NCBI GenBank assembly: GCA_038889235.1
Contig: JAWAHN010000001.1
Coordinates: 1,078,803-1,110,802 of the forward strand
Reading direction: 5' to 3'
DNA from: Candidatus Jordarchaeales archaeon
GTDB taxonomy: Archaea; Asgardarchaeota; Jordiarchaeia; Jordiarchaeales; Freyrarchaeaceae
DNA length: 32,000 nucleotides
Shown here one piece after another: positions 9,612 through 18,220 of the stretch; within the stretch, counting starts at the first letter, position 1, and each line of letters begins with the position of its first letter. Under the pieces are notes generated by a model. The model worked only from the letters and a program-made list of their open reading frames with translations. It had not been told where the DNA came from and did no database searches. The position numbers and the translations under genes were made by a program.

Positions 9612-10456
9612 CCTTCTTTTACACCAATAAACCTCCATAACGGGGTAAACCATTTTAGGAAGAAGTGTTTTGCGTAAACTTCCACCAGTCCTGGAAAGTA
9701 CTTAGCTAGGATCCTTCTCACCTTGGAGGAAAGTTTTCTGCCCTGCGGCTCGTAGAACGCTTTAAGCTTCATGCTTAACTCAACGGAGTAGAGTTTTATT
9801 CCAAGCTTCCTGAAGCGCTCCACGAGCCCGGTGAACGTCGGCTGGTAGGGGACGTTGTCGTGCACCGCTCTTCTAGCCGCTCTAACGTACGCGTCAGCCA
9901 GCTTCTTTGGCATGAGTGATTGAAGGGGGAGGCCGTAGTGTCCGTCTCTGGCGACAATTAAGGGTGCAATCCTATTAGGGCAAGTTACGTAAAGGATCCC
10001 GCCGCGTTTAAGGGTTCTACTTATTTCTTCAGAGCATTTCCCAGCCTCCTTCACGTGTTCTATCACGTCATTGCATATTACTAGGTCGAACACTTCGTCT
10101 CTAAAGGGCATACTAGTCCCACTTGCCAGTATGGTGTCCACCTCTACACCGTTATCCTTCGCCCAGGAACGCGCAATTCTGGGATAGTGTTTCTCCACGT
10201 CTAAGCCGACCACCCTAGCGCCCTTAAGGGAGAACGCTATCGAAATACCTCCTGAGCCGAGGCCCAAATCGAGTGCCAGCCTACCCTTAACGCGAATGCC
10301 TGCATAGCTAAGCAGCCCTATTATCTCGTTCCCCCTCTCCACTCCCCTGAAAGTATATTCGGTGTACGGCCGGTAGAGGAAGTGCTCCTTAGGGAGGAAG
10401 GGCGTCACAAATTCTTCCCATAATTTCATGGTTTCCTCGCTAACTTTGATCTTCAT
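9590..10456 (-). CDS. Class I SAM-dependent methyltransferase
   Basis: LDLGLGSGG motif I, VVGLDV, FDLVICNDVIEHV and LKRGG. Start reassigned to ATG 10456. Confidence 0.85.
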   Translation of the reverse strand: MKIKVSEETMKLWEEFVTPFLPKEHFLYRPYTEYTFRGVERGNEIIGLLSYAGIRVKGRLALDLGLGSGGISIAFSLKGARVVGLDVEKHYPRIARSWAKDNGVEVDTILASGTSMPFRDEVFDLVICNDVIEHVKEAGKCSEEISRTLKRGGILYVTCPNRIAPLIVARDGHYGLPLQSLMPKKLADAYVRAARRAVHDNVPYQPTFTGLVERFRKLGIKLYSVELSMKLKAFYEPQGRKLSSKVRRILAKYFPGLVEVYAKHFFLKWFTPLWRFIGVKEGGGPRGI

Positions 10457-10508
10457 AGCGACCCCCTTTAAGAAGCGTGCTCCTTCAACAATAAAAAATC
10501 TCCGTCCA

Positions 10509-11543
10509 CTAAGCGCTACCTCGAGTGCTACCGCGTGCAACTGGATTCCTGAGCGCCATCCACAGCTCCTCTATAATCTCTTCTCCGACATCAACGCTTC
10601 CCCCCTCCCTGATAATCACCCTACCCCTCTCGGTAACTTCCCCTATTACACTCCATCGGACACCCAGCCCATCGAGCACCTTAGCCGCCTTCTCAACATC
10701 CTCCCTTGCAACCGTTGCCAATAAGACCCCGCTTGAGATAAGCCTGAGAGGGTTAACCGAAAGCACCTCACATATCCTTCTTGTCTCGTCAGCAACAGGG
10801 ATCTTCCTTTCGTCAACCCGGAACCCTGATCTCGAAGCAATTGAAAGCTCGATTAAGCCTCCTATAACTCCCCCTTCTGTCGGGTCATGCATGGCTGTCA
10901 CATTACACCCCTTGCAGAGGGCGAGGGCCTCACGTACCACGCTCAATTCCTTTGAAAACACCTTAGCCCTCTCAAGTAAATCCACACCCAGAACCTCGCG
11001 TAGCTCATCATACCTTTCCCGCGCAAGGATGGAAGCCCCCTCAAGCCCTGCATGCTTGGTAACGATGATCACGTCACCAGGCTTAGCGCCACCCGTAGTC
11101 ACAACTTTACCCCTTTCAGCCTCACCAACCATCGTACCGCAGACTATCGGTTGCTCCAGGTAAGGGGTAACCTCAGTGTGTCCGCCAACTATAGAGACCC
11201 CAAGTTCCCTAGCCGCAACATCAGCCCCTTGCATAATCTCCTCAAGCAGCTCCTCATCAGCCCCCCTTGGGAGAAGTACGGTTAAAGTTAGAAAGAGCGG
11301 CGTAGCCCCCCTGACGGCGATGTCGTTAGCGTTAACATGAACAGCGTACCATCCGACATCCATACTGGCCCCCGTTATAGGGTCAGAAGATATAACCATA
11401 ACTCTGTCGCCCGCATCAATAACGGCCGCATCCTCTCCAACAGCGGGTCCAAGAACCACACGCTTGCTCTCAGCTCCACGATACCTGAAAACAACTCTCT
11501 CCAAGACATCAATTGGAACCTTACCGATGGGAAGAACATTCAA
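10509..11543 (-). CDS. AIR synthase-related (PurM/HypE/ThiL superfamily) protein
   Basis: GEDAAV, SSDPITGA, VNANDIAVRGA, GGHTE and MHDPTEGG motifs. Confidence 0.85.
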   Translation of the reverse strand: MNVLPIGKVPIDVLERVVFRYRGAESKRVVLGPAVGEDAAVIDAGDRVMVISSDPITGASMDVGWYAVHVNANDIAVRGATPLFLTLTVLLPRGADEELLEEIMQGADVAARELGVSIVGGHTEVTPYLEQPIVCGTMVGEAERGKVVTTGGAKPGDVIIVTKHAGLEGASILARERYDELREVLGVDLLERAKVFSKELSVVREALALCKGCNVTAMHDPTEGGVIGGLIELSIASRSGFRVDERKIPVADETRRICEVLSVNPLRLISSGVLLATVAREDVEKAAKVLDGLGVRWSVIGEVTERGRVIIREGGSVDVGEEIIEELWMALRNPVARGSTRGSA

Positions 11544-11580
11544 CCCTAAAACCCTCCGGCTGCAAAAATAGTCTCGTATC

Positions 11581-11594
11581 GAAAGCTTTTAAAA
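11581..11594 (+). promoter_or_regulatory. BRE/TATA promoter of tRNA-Gly
   Basis: GAAAGC-TTTTAAAA ending 26 nt upstream of the tRNA. Confidence 0.65.
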
Positions 11595-11619
11595 CTAAAC
11601 ATATAAACTTAAATACTGA

Positions 11620-11733
11620 GCGACCGTGGTCTAGCCAACTCTGGCTCTAGAATGGTCTAGGACCCAGGCCCCCCAAGCCTGTGACCCGGGAGGCACATGA
11701 AGCCCGGGAATTCAAATCCCGGCGGTCGCACCA
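11620..11733 (+). tRNA. tRNA-Gly(CCC) with two non-canonical introns (17/17a, 11637-11652; 53/54, 11691-11710); C at position 33; CCA encoded
   Basis: Acceptor GCGACCG/CGGTCGC-ACCA and anticodon arm CAGGC-CCCCCAA-GCCTG. Removing 16+20 nt gives a 78-nt cloverleaf, and both junctions fold as BHB-type motifs. Confidence 0.92.
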
Positions 11734-11897
11734 CAAATTTTTCCCAACAATTTTTTCTCCACTGAATCCCTGTTTTTGCCATTTAGAGAAATCCTTATAT
11801 TGTTAGATGTCTTTTAGTTCTCGGCACAAGTGTTTTCTTGAAAATTGAAGTGTAGTTAAGTAAACTTCACTGATAATTTGGTGTGATGGTGATTTGA

Positions 11898-12899
11898 TTG
11901 GATGCTGTCTGTGTGAGGACGCCTGCCCGCCTCCATTTTACCTTAATAGATTTGAACGGTTCTCTTGGTAGAGTGGATGGTGGGATAGGCGTTGCAATAG
12001 ATAGACCTAACGTTGTTTTGAGGGCAACTTTGTCTGATAGTTTTGAAGTGTACGGGCAGAAAAGGGATCTAGTTGAAGAGATACTCTGGAGAGTAGCTAG
12101 GACCTTTAACATTAACCCGAGGGTTAAAGTGGAGGTCTTAAAGATCATCCCGGAACATGTTGGTTTGGGCTCTAAAACTCAGCTTTCGCTCGCAGTTGCT
12201 AAAGCTTTTTCCTTGCTTTTCAACTTGGACTGCAACGTGCGGCGTTTGGCTATGATAACTGGAAGGGGTGGAACGTCAGGTATAGGTGTTGCGGCCTTCG
12301 AAAAGGGGGGCTTTATCCTAGACGGGGGGCATAGCTTCGGGAAGGGGAAGCAGAAAGAGAAGTTTCTCCCCTCATCAGCATCCACTGCCCCGCCGGCACC
12401 AGTGCTGGTGAGGTACGACATGCCAGAGGACTGGCTTTTCGTGGTGGCAATTCCAGCAGTGGAGAAGGGGGCGCACGGCACTAAGGAAGTGAGTATTTTC
12501 GAGAAGTTTTGCCCCATTCCGAGGGACGAAGTGGAAGCTATTTGCCGCCTCGTTTTAATGAAAATACTCCCTGCGGTAGTTGAAAGAGACTTGTCGTCTT
12601 TCGGCGAGGGGTTGACTGAGGTCCAAAAGCTTGGTTTCAAAAAACTTGAAATCTCACTTCAACACCCGATAGTAAGAGAGCTCATTCAGGCGATGTTGAA
12701 ATGGGGGGCTGCCGGAGCAGGAATGAGCTCATTTGGCCCCGCAGTTTTCGGTGTTGTCGAGGGAAAAAGAGCTGCAGAGTCCCTACTTTCGGAGGTTGAA
12801 AAATACCTGGCGCCTATAGGCGGAGAGTGCTTCATAGCTAAGGTTAATAATACTGGAGCCCAAGTTTCCAGAGAGGCGGTTATAGCTGTTCAAAGTTGA
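11898..12899 (+). CDS. mptG: beta-ribofuranosylaminobenzene 5'-phosphate (RFAP) synthase, GHMP superfamily
   Basis: TPARLHFTLIDLNG, HVGLGSKTQLSLA, RGGTSGIG, GGFILDGGH and GMSSFGP motifs. Confidence 0.88.
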   Translation: MDAVCVRTPARLHFTLIDLNGSLGRVDGGIGVAIDRPNVVLRATLSDSFEVYGQKRDLVEEILWRVARTFNINPRVKVEVLKIIPEHVGLGSKTQLSLAVAKAFSLLFNLDCNVRRLAMITGRGGTSGIGVAAFEKGGFILDGGHSFGKGKQKEKFLPSSASTAPPAPVLVRYDMPEDWLFVVAIPAVEKGAHGTKEVSIFEKFCPIPRDEVEAICRLVLMKILPAVVERDLSSFGEGLTEVQKLGFKKLEISLQHPIVRELIQAMLKWGAAGAGMSSFGPAVFGVVEGKRAAESLLSEVEKYLAPIGGECFIAKVNNTGAQVSREAVIAVQS

Positions 12900-12930
12900 A
12901 GTCTTCCATTGCCTTCCCGGGGGAAAGCTG

Positions 12931-14010
12931 TTGGTTCGCGTGTGTGGCATAGATCCGGGTACTGGTTCGTGGGATATCGTCGGCCTAGATGATGAAGACT
13001 TGGTTCTGGACACTTCAATACCTACCAGAGAGGTTTTGGAGAACCCTTCCCGCATTGTGAAGATTGTCAAGTCAATGGGCTCATTGGATTTGCTCGTAGC
13101 CCCGAGCGGCTACGGTCTGCCACTCGTAAAGCTCAGTGAGCTAAACGAAAAACACTTTTTTCTCCTAACGCTGAAAAAGGAGAGGGAGACACAAGTCGTA
13201 GGGTTGGAGCAGGTTTTGCGTCTTCTAATAAATGAAGGCTTTGAAGGCTACGTTATACCTGGAGTTAAACATCTCCCGTCCATCCCACCCCACAGGAAAG
13301 TTAACAAGATAGATATGGGGACATCCGACAAGCTTTGCAGCGTAGCTCTAGCCCTCTGGGAGTCCGCTAACGACAACAATGCAGACTATAGTGACATCTC
13401 GTTTATCCTGGTGGAAATGGGGGGAGGGTTTACCTCAGTAATAGGGGTAGAACGGGGAAAAATAGTGGACGCCATAGGAGGAGCTGAAGGGTGTATGGGC
13501 TTCATGGCGTGTGGCTGCATGGACGCAGAAGTAGCATACTTGCTGGGCGGCTTTGAAAAAAAGCTGATCTATACCGGTGGGGCAGTCTACATAGCTGGAT
13601 ACGAAGGAATCACCCCTGAAGAGTTTGCCCTCATGGCGGACAGGGATGAACGCTTCAAGCTCGCTTGGGACGCCCTTATCGAGGGAACGGTGAAAGACGT
13701 GATGTCTGTGAGCGCCTCATTAGAGCACTTCGACACAATACTTCTTTCAGGACGCCTCTCAAGGGTCGAAAAGATCAGAAACGAGTTGGAAAAGCGTCTC
13801 TCACGTTTCGCTCCAACGCGGAGAGTTAGGGGCTTCGCTAGAATAGCCAAGGAAGCAGCCCAGGGCGCCGCGCTCATAGCTAACGGGTTAGCGGGAGGAA
13901 GCTGCGAGCCCCTTGTTGAGAGCCTAGGAATAAGAAAGGCTAGTGGTTCCGTGTTGGACTACGTTTACTTTGACAAGATACGCGAGCTGAGGAGGAAGCT
14001 TGGTGCTTAG
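12931..14010 (+). CDS. DUF1464/COG2441 family protein (ASKHA/butyrate-kinase-like fold)
   Basis: GIDPGTGSWD phosphate-1 motif, APSGYGLP, KIDMGTSDK and EMGGGFTS. Confidence 0.8.
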   Translation: MVRVCGIDPGTGSWDIVGLDDEDLVLDTSIPTREVLENPSRIVKIVKSMGSLDLLVAPSGYGLPLVKLSELNEKHFFLLTLKKERETQVVGLEQVLRLLINEGFEGYVIPGVKHLPSIPPHRKVNKIDMGTSDKLCSVALALWESANDNNADYSDISFILVEMGGGFTSVIGVERGKIVDAIGGAEGCMGFMACGCMDAEVAYLLGGFEKKLIYTGGAVYIAGYEGITPEEFALMADRDERFKLAWDALIEGTVKDVMSVSASLEHFDTILLSGRLSRVEKIRNELEKRLSRFAPTRRVRGFARIAKEAAQGAALIANGLAGGSCEPLVESLGIRKASGSVLDYVYFDKIRELRRKLGA

Positions 14011-14734
14011 GCTCGCCTGGGGGATTACGGGAGCAGGTCACTTCATGGTGGAAACTTTCGAAGTCTTCCTCCAGTTGAAGAAAAGCTACAACGTCGCAGT
14101 TACCACCTTCCTATCTAAAGCCGGGGAAGAAGTAGCAAGGATGTATGGCGTCTTCGAGAAGCTAAAGGAGATTTCCCCTGGAGGGTATTACCAGGAGGTT
14201 GTACTGGAAAGGGAGGAAGGGGCAAGCTTCCCCAAGGCTGGGAGATTCGCCTCCGGCAAGTACAGTGCCTTCATAGTCTCCCCGGCGACGTCCAACACTG
14301 TTGCTAAAATGGCGCTCGGCATCTGCGACACCTTGATCACGACAGCCTTCGCTCAGGCCCTGAAAAACAAAGTGCCAGTTTACATAGTCCCGACAGATTA
14401 CAAAGAGGGCGAAGTCGAGACCACCCTACCAGTAATAGTTGACAGGGATAAGTGCGTTGGTTGCAGCTTCTGCCCTCCAGAAGAGTGTTGCCCTAAAAGC
14501 GCCCTCGTAAGGGTTGAAGGAAAACCCAGCGTGAACTTGTTAAAATGCGTCGGCTGCCTGGCATGCGTTAAAGCTTGCCTTTACGAGGCTGTGGTCTTCG
14601 GTAGGAGAGTGAAAACGTTCGTTCGAAGCGTAGACGTGGAAAACGTCAAGAGGTTGTCAGCAATAGGCGGAGTTCATGTTTTAAGTGATCCCAAGGAAAT
14701 AATCCCCCGCCTAAGGAGGGACCTCCAGCTTTGA
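14000..14734 (+). CDS. dmrX: Dihydromethanopterin reductase-like iron-sulfur flavoprotein (DmrX/AfpA family)
   Basis: AWGITGAGH and SPATSNTVAK flavoprotein motifs, with an inserted ferredoxin domain (CVGCSFCPPEECCP, CVGCLACVKAC). Confidence 0.82.
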   Translation: MVLRLAWGITGAGHFMVETFEVFLQLKKSYNVAVTTFLSKAGEEVARMYGVFEKLKEISPGGYYQEVVLEREEGASFPKAGRFASGKYSAFIVSPATSNTVAKMALGICDTLITTAFAQALKNKVPVYIVPTDYKEGEVETTLPVIVDRDKCVGCSFCPPEECCPKSALVRVEGKPSVNLLKCVGCLACVKACLYEAVVFGRRVKTFVRSVDVENVKRLSAIGGVHVLSDPKEIIPRLRRDLQL

Positions 14735-16266
14735 GAGTGCTGCTTGTTACAGGCCGTCTCGCCGAAAAGCTAGTTAAGAAATACTGTGAAGGCCTCGGCC
14801 TCGAGGTTGATGTCGCAACAATGCCCGTATCTGTTGCCGCTTTGATCACCCCCCAGATGCTCATAGAGCACCTCAAAGATAAGGTCTCAAAGGAGAAATA
14901 CGACGCCATAATAGTTCCGGGACTTATGCGGGGCAGCGTTAGGGTAGTTGAAGCCGCGCTCGGAATCCCTGTTTTTAAGGGAACAAAGTATGCGTGCGAC
15001 ATACCGTTAATTTTCAAGAACTTCGACCTCCTATCGAAGGAAGAAGCGCTAGACACGGTAATTTCTAGGCTCAGAAGCGACGCATGGAACAGGTTGGAAT
15101 CTCTCACGGGCTCAGGCTTCACCATTGGAAGGGAAGGTGTTAAACCCGTCTACGTTGGTGTAGATGGACCGGTAAGGGTGCTCGCAGAGGTCGTTGACGC
15201 CCCAGCGCTCCCCCGCAACAAAGTGTTGTCGAGAGCAGAGTACTTTTTGAGGTCTGGAGCTGACATGATAGACATAGGAGGAGTGGTGGGAGAGGAGCAC
15301 CCCAGCATAATATCTGAGTTGGTGCACTGTGTAAGGGAAAAATTTAAGGTCCCTGTAAGTGTGGACAGCCTAAACCCTGCCGAAATAGAAGCCGCCGTGG
15401 CTGCTGGCGCCGACATGGTTCTCAGCTTAGACTACGGAAACTTCCACGAGGTCAAGCTTCCACCCGACGTAGCAGTAACCGTTCTACCAACTAACGAGAA
15501 GAAAGGGGAGATCCCGAGGGATCCAGCCGAGAGAGCGCGGAAAACGCTTGAAATAGTTGAGAAAGCCAAGAAAGCTGGACTAGTCAAAGTAGTAGCTGAC
15601 CCGCTGCTTGAGCCACCCATAACCCCCGGTCTCGTCAATTCCCTTAAATCCTACATCTTTTTCAGGGAAGCTGACACGGTTACACCTCTCCTCTTTGGAG
15701 TTGGAAATGTGACCGAGTTCATTGACGTCGACAGCATAGGGGTAAACGCTCTCCTAACCATGCTGGCACAGGAGCTGGGCGCCGCTATACTCCTAACAAC
15801 TGAGCACAGCATTAAGTGCCGTGGAAGTGTGAGGGAGCTTGACGCCGCAAGGAAAATGGCATACCTAGCGAAGTCCTTGTCTACTCCGCCAAAAGACCTT
15901 GGTATAGCGTTCTTCGCCGCAAAGAGTAAAAAGGAGTACTTTGTACCTCCAAACGTGGATGGATTGAAAGCAGTGGCTGAGGCGAGAAACGACAGCTACT
16001 CCCCCGACCCCCTCGGCTACTTCACAATATGGGTTGACCACGAAAAAGGCAAGATATTCGTGCTGTACAAAGGCGTCAAGGGGGAAAAGCTTTTCGTTGG
16101 GGAGAGCTCCGAGTACATAGGCAAAGCCATTCTTTCAGAAGGAGTAATAAGCTCGCTGGAGCACGCCGTATACCTCGGCAGGGAGCTTGGAAAGGCAGAA
16201 GCCTGCCTGAAGCTCGGTAAAAGCTACGTTCAAGATCTCGACGTTTTCGGTGATAAAAATGAGTAA
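14731..16266 (+). CDS. Dihydropteroate synthase-like protein (MJ0107 type) with C-terminal DUF4346
   Basis: MRVLLVTGRLA start, pterin-binding barrel (GADMIDIG, SVDS, VADPLLEP) and a C-terminal DPLGYF...HAVYLGRELGKAE domain. Confidence 0.88.
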   Translation: MRVLLVTGRLAEKLVKKYCEGLGLEVDVATMPVSVAALITPQMLIEHLKDKVSKEKYDAIIVPGLMRGSVRVVEAALGIPVFKGTKYACDIPLIFKNFDLLSKEEALDTVISRLRSDAWNRLESLTGSGFTIGREGVKPVYVGVDGPVRVLAEVVDAPALPRNKVLSRAEYFLRSGADMIDIGGVVGEEHPSIISELVHCVREKFKVPVSVDSLNPAEIEAAVAAGADMVLSLDYGNFHEVKLPPDVAVTVLPTNEKKGEIPRDPAERARKTLEIVEKAKKAGLVKVVADPLLEPPITPGLVNSLKSYIFFREADTVTPLLFGVGNVTEFIDVDSIGVNALLTMLAQELGAAILLTTEHSIKCRGSVRELDAARKMAYLAKSLSTPPKDLGIAFFAAKSKKEYFVPPNVDGLKAVAEARNDSYSPDPLGYFTIWVDHEKGKIFVLYKGVKGEKLFVGESSEYIGKAILSEGVISSLEHAVYLGRELGKAEACLKLGKSYVQDLDVFGDKNE

Positions 16267-17212
16267 CCTACCGGACGTTCAAAGCGAGAAACCCAAAATA
16301 CTCCTCTCACTAGACGAGGTAGGAGTAACGGGTCTCGTGAAAAGGGTTCGGATAGTTAAAGGGGGAAGCGAGATATTTTTAACGCCAAAAATTTCTGCAT
16401 TCATAAATCTCCCCGCATGGCAGAGAGGGGTGCATCTTTCAAGAAGTAGTGAAACAATTGAAAGTGTGGTTGAGGACATAGCTTACTCCCCAGTTAGAAG
16501 CTTCGAGGAGCTTTGTAGAAAGATGCTAACGGTCCTCTTGGAAAAACATGACTACGCTGACAGGGCGAGAGTGCTCTTGGAAGGACTTGTAGTTCTCGAC
16601 GTGAGGGCTGGCGAGAGTGAAGTTAAGCGTCAAAAAGCTTACAACGTACGTGTCGAAGGCGTAGCCTCGCGGAGCAGGGAGGGAATCGAAACCAGGGTTT
16701 TCCTAGGAGTGGAGGTTGAGGGGATAATTGCTTGCCCTTGCGCTCAGGAACTTATAAGAAACTACGCGGAAAGCATGATTAAAAGCAGGGCTGAAGAGCT
16801 CTCACTAGACGAACCTGTGATACACAAGATCCTAGATTTGGTTCCCCTCGCATCTCACAGTCAGCGCTGTAAAGGTGCGCTTATAGTGGAGGTGAAAGAC
16901 AACAGCGTAGACCTCTTCGAGCTAATTAGAGTGGTCGAGGACTCGATGAGCGGCACGATATATGACGTCTTAAAGAGGCCAGACGAAGCTAGCCTCGTAA
17001 GGCTCGTTCACTTAAACCCGCTTTTCGTCGAGGATGTCGCGAGACTAATAATACTAAACGCCCTGACAAGGCTTAAACAGCTCTCCGACGACGACGTTTT
17101 AGAGGTCAGAGTTGAAAGCATGGAGTCCGTACACCCTCATAACGCTGTGGCATTCAGGAGAGCCAAAGTCGGGGAACTTAAGAAGGAGCTGCAGGCTGGT
17201 TGTGTAGATTGA
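16259..17212 (+). CDS. mptA: GTP cyclohydrolase IV (MptA/FolE2 family)
   Basis: LPDVQ, RGVHLSR, ACPC, SHSQR, LKRPDE, NPLFVED and ESVHPHNA motifs. The start is probably ATG 16259 after GGTGA. Confidence 0.92.
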   Translation: MSNLPDVQSEKPKILLSLDEVGVTGLVKRVRIVKGGSEIFLTPKISAFINLPAWQRGVHLSRSSETIESVVEDIAYSPVRSFEELCRKMLTVLLEKHDYADRARVLLEGLVVLDVRAGESEVKRQKAYNVRVEGVASRSREGIETRVFLGVEVEGIIACPCAQELIRNYAESMIKSRAEELSLDEPVIHKILDLVPLASHSQRCKGALIVEVKDNSVDLFELIRVVEDSMSGTIYDVLKRPDEASLVRLVHLNPLFVEDVARLIILNALTRLKQLSDDDVLEVRVESMESVHPHNAVAFRRAKVGELKKELQAGCVD

Positions 17213-18216
17213 TCGTAGAAGGCTTCTTTGTTGAAGACGTCAATGGGTTTATATTCGACGTTAAAGGTTTGCTTCATCCACCGGATAGGATTATAGCTTA
17301 CTTGCGTTATTTCCCCGACTTGGAAGGGGATCGGGAGAGAAGGGGAGTAAAGTACCGCAAAGTTTACTCCCTCGCAGAAAGGGACGCTATACTCAAGGCT
17401 AGAAAGCCTAACTACTTATACTTCGACCCGGTCTTCGGCATGTTCCTGGAAGGCGTTCCAAGAAATGAGATAGCTAGAATTTACGACCCCCGCGAAAAAC
17501 TCCACCACCTTTTGAGGAGTGAGCGAAACAGCTTGGAGGAAGCCGCAGTCTTCCTCGCGCTCGAGGTAGTTAAGACAGCCAAAATATCTCTCAGCTCTCT
17601 TGGCGTATCTGGCTCAATCCTCGTAGATCTAGCGGGGGAGGGTTCTGACGTCGACATAGTGGTTTTCGGTGAGAAGAACTCTCGGAAGGCTTACGAGGCT
17701 TTAGGTGACCTCATGGCCGAAGGAAAACTAGTGAAAGCTTACGATGAAAATGGTTTGAAGAAGCTCTACGACTTCCGATTCAAGGACACCGTTATGAGCT
17801 ACGAGGACTTCGTGTGGAGTGAGCGGAGGAAACACATGTCCGGGACTGTTATGGGCTACGATTTCTTTGTTCGCTTCGTGAAGTTCCCCGAAGAGTACGG
17901 AGAGCGTTACGGCGAGAGGAGGTATAAGCCCTTAGGCAGCGCGCTTGTTAGAGGGGTGGTAGTCGACGACTCGGACGCTATTTTCACCCCGTGTCGCTAC
18001 GTGTTGGGTGACGTAGAAGTCCTGGACGGCGTAAAGAAACCCGTAGTTGAAATATTCTCGTTAAGGGGCCGCTTCAGCGACCAAGCAAGGGAAGGAGAAG
18101 AAGTTTTAGCTAGGGGGAAAGTTGAAGCCGTCTCATATGAGGGCGGCGAGTATTTTAGGCTTGTCATAGGAGGGGAAAGAGGCGACTTCCTAATAGTAAG
18201 AAGGGAGGCGACTTGA
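17200..18216 (+). CDS. Predicted nucleotidyltransferase (COG1665-like), paralog 1
   Basis: VKGLLHPPDRIIAYLRY N-terminus, GVSGS...SDVD Pol-beta motif and a C-terminal GRFSDQAREGE. Confidence 0.8.
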   Translation: MCRLIVEGFFVEDVNGFIFDVKGLLHPPDRIIAYLRYFPDLEGDRERRGVKYRKVYSLAERDAILKARKPNYLYFDPVFGMFLEGVPRNEIARIYDPREKLHHLLRSERNSLEEAAVFLALEVVKTAKISLSSLGVSGSILVDLAGEGSDVDIVVFGEKNSRKAYEALGDLMAEGKLVKAYDENGLKKLYDFRFKDTVMSYEDFVWSERRKHMSGTVMGYDFFVRFVKFPEEYGERYGERRYKPLGSALVRGVVVDDSDAIFTPCRYVLGDVEVLDGVKKPVVEIFSLRGRFSDQAREGEEVLARGKVEAVSYEGGEYFRLVIGGERGDFLIVRREAT

Positions 18217-18220
18217 ACAC

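Noticed and set aside
9612-11619. Integrated element between tRNA-Ala and tRNA-Gly
   Set aside because: There is no integrase and no duplicated tRNA 3' end. The similarity between the two T arms is ordinary tRNA conservation.
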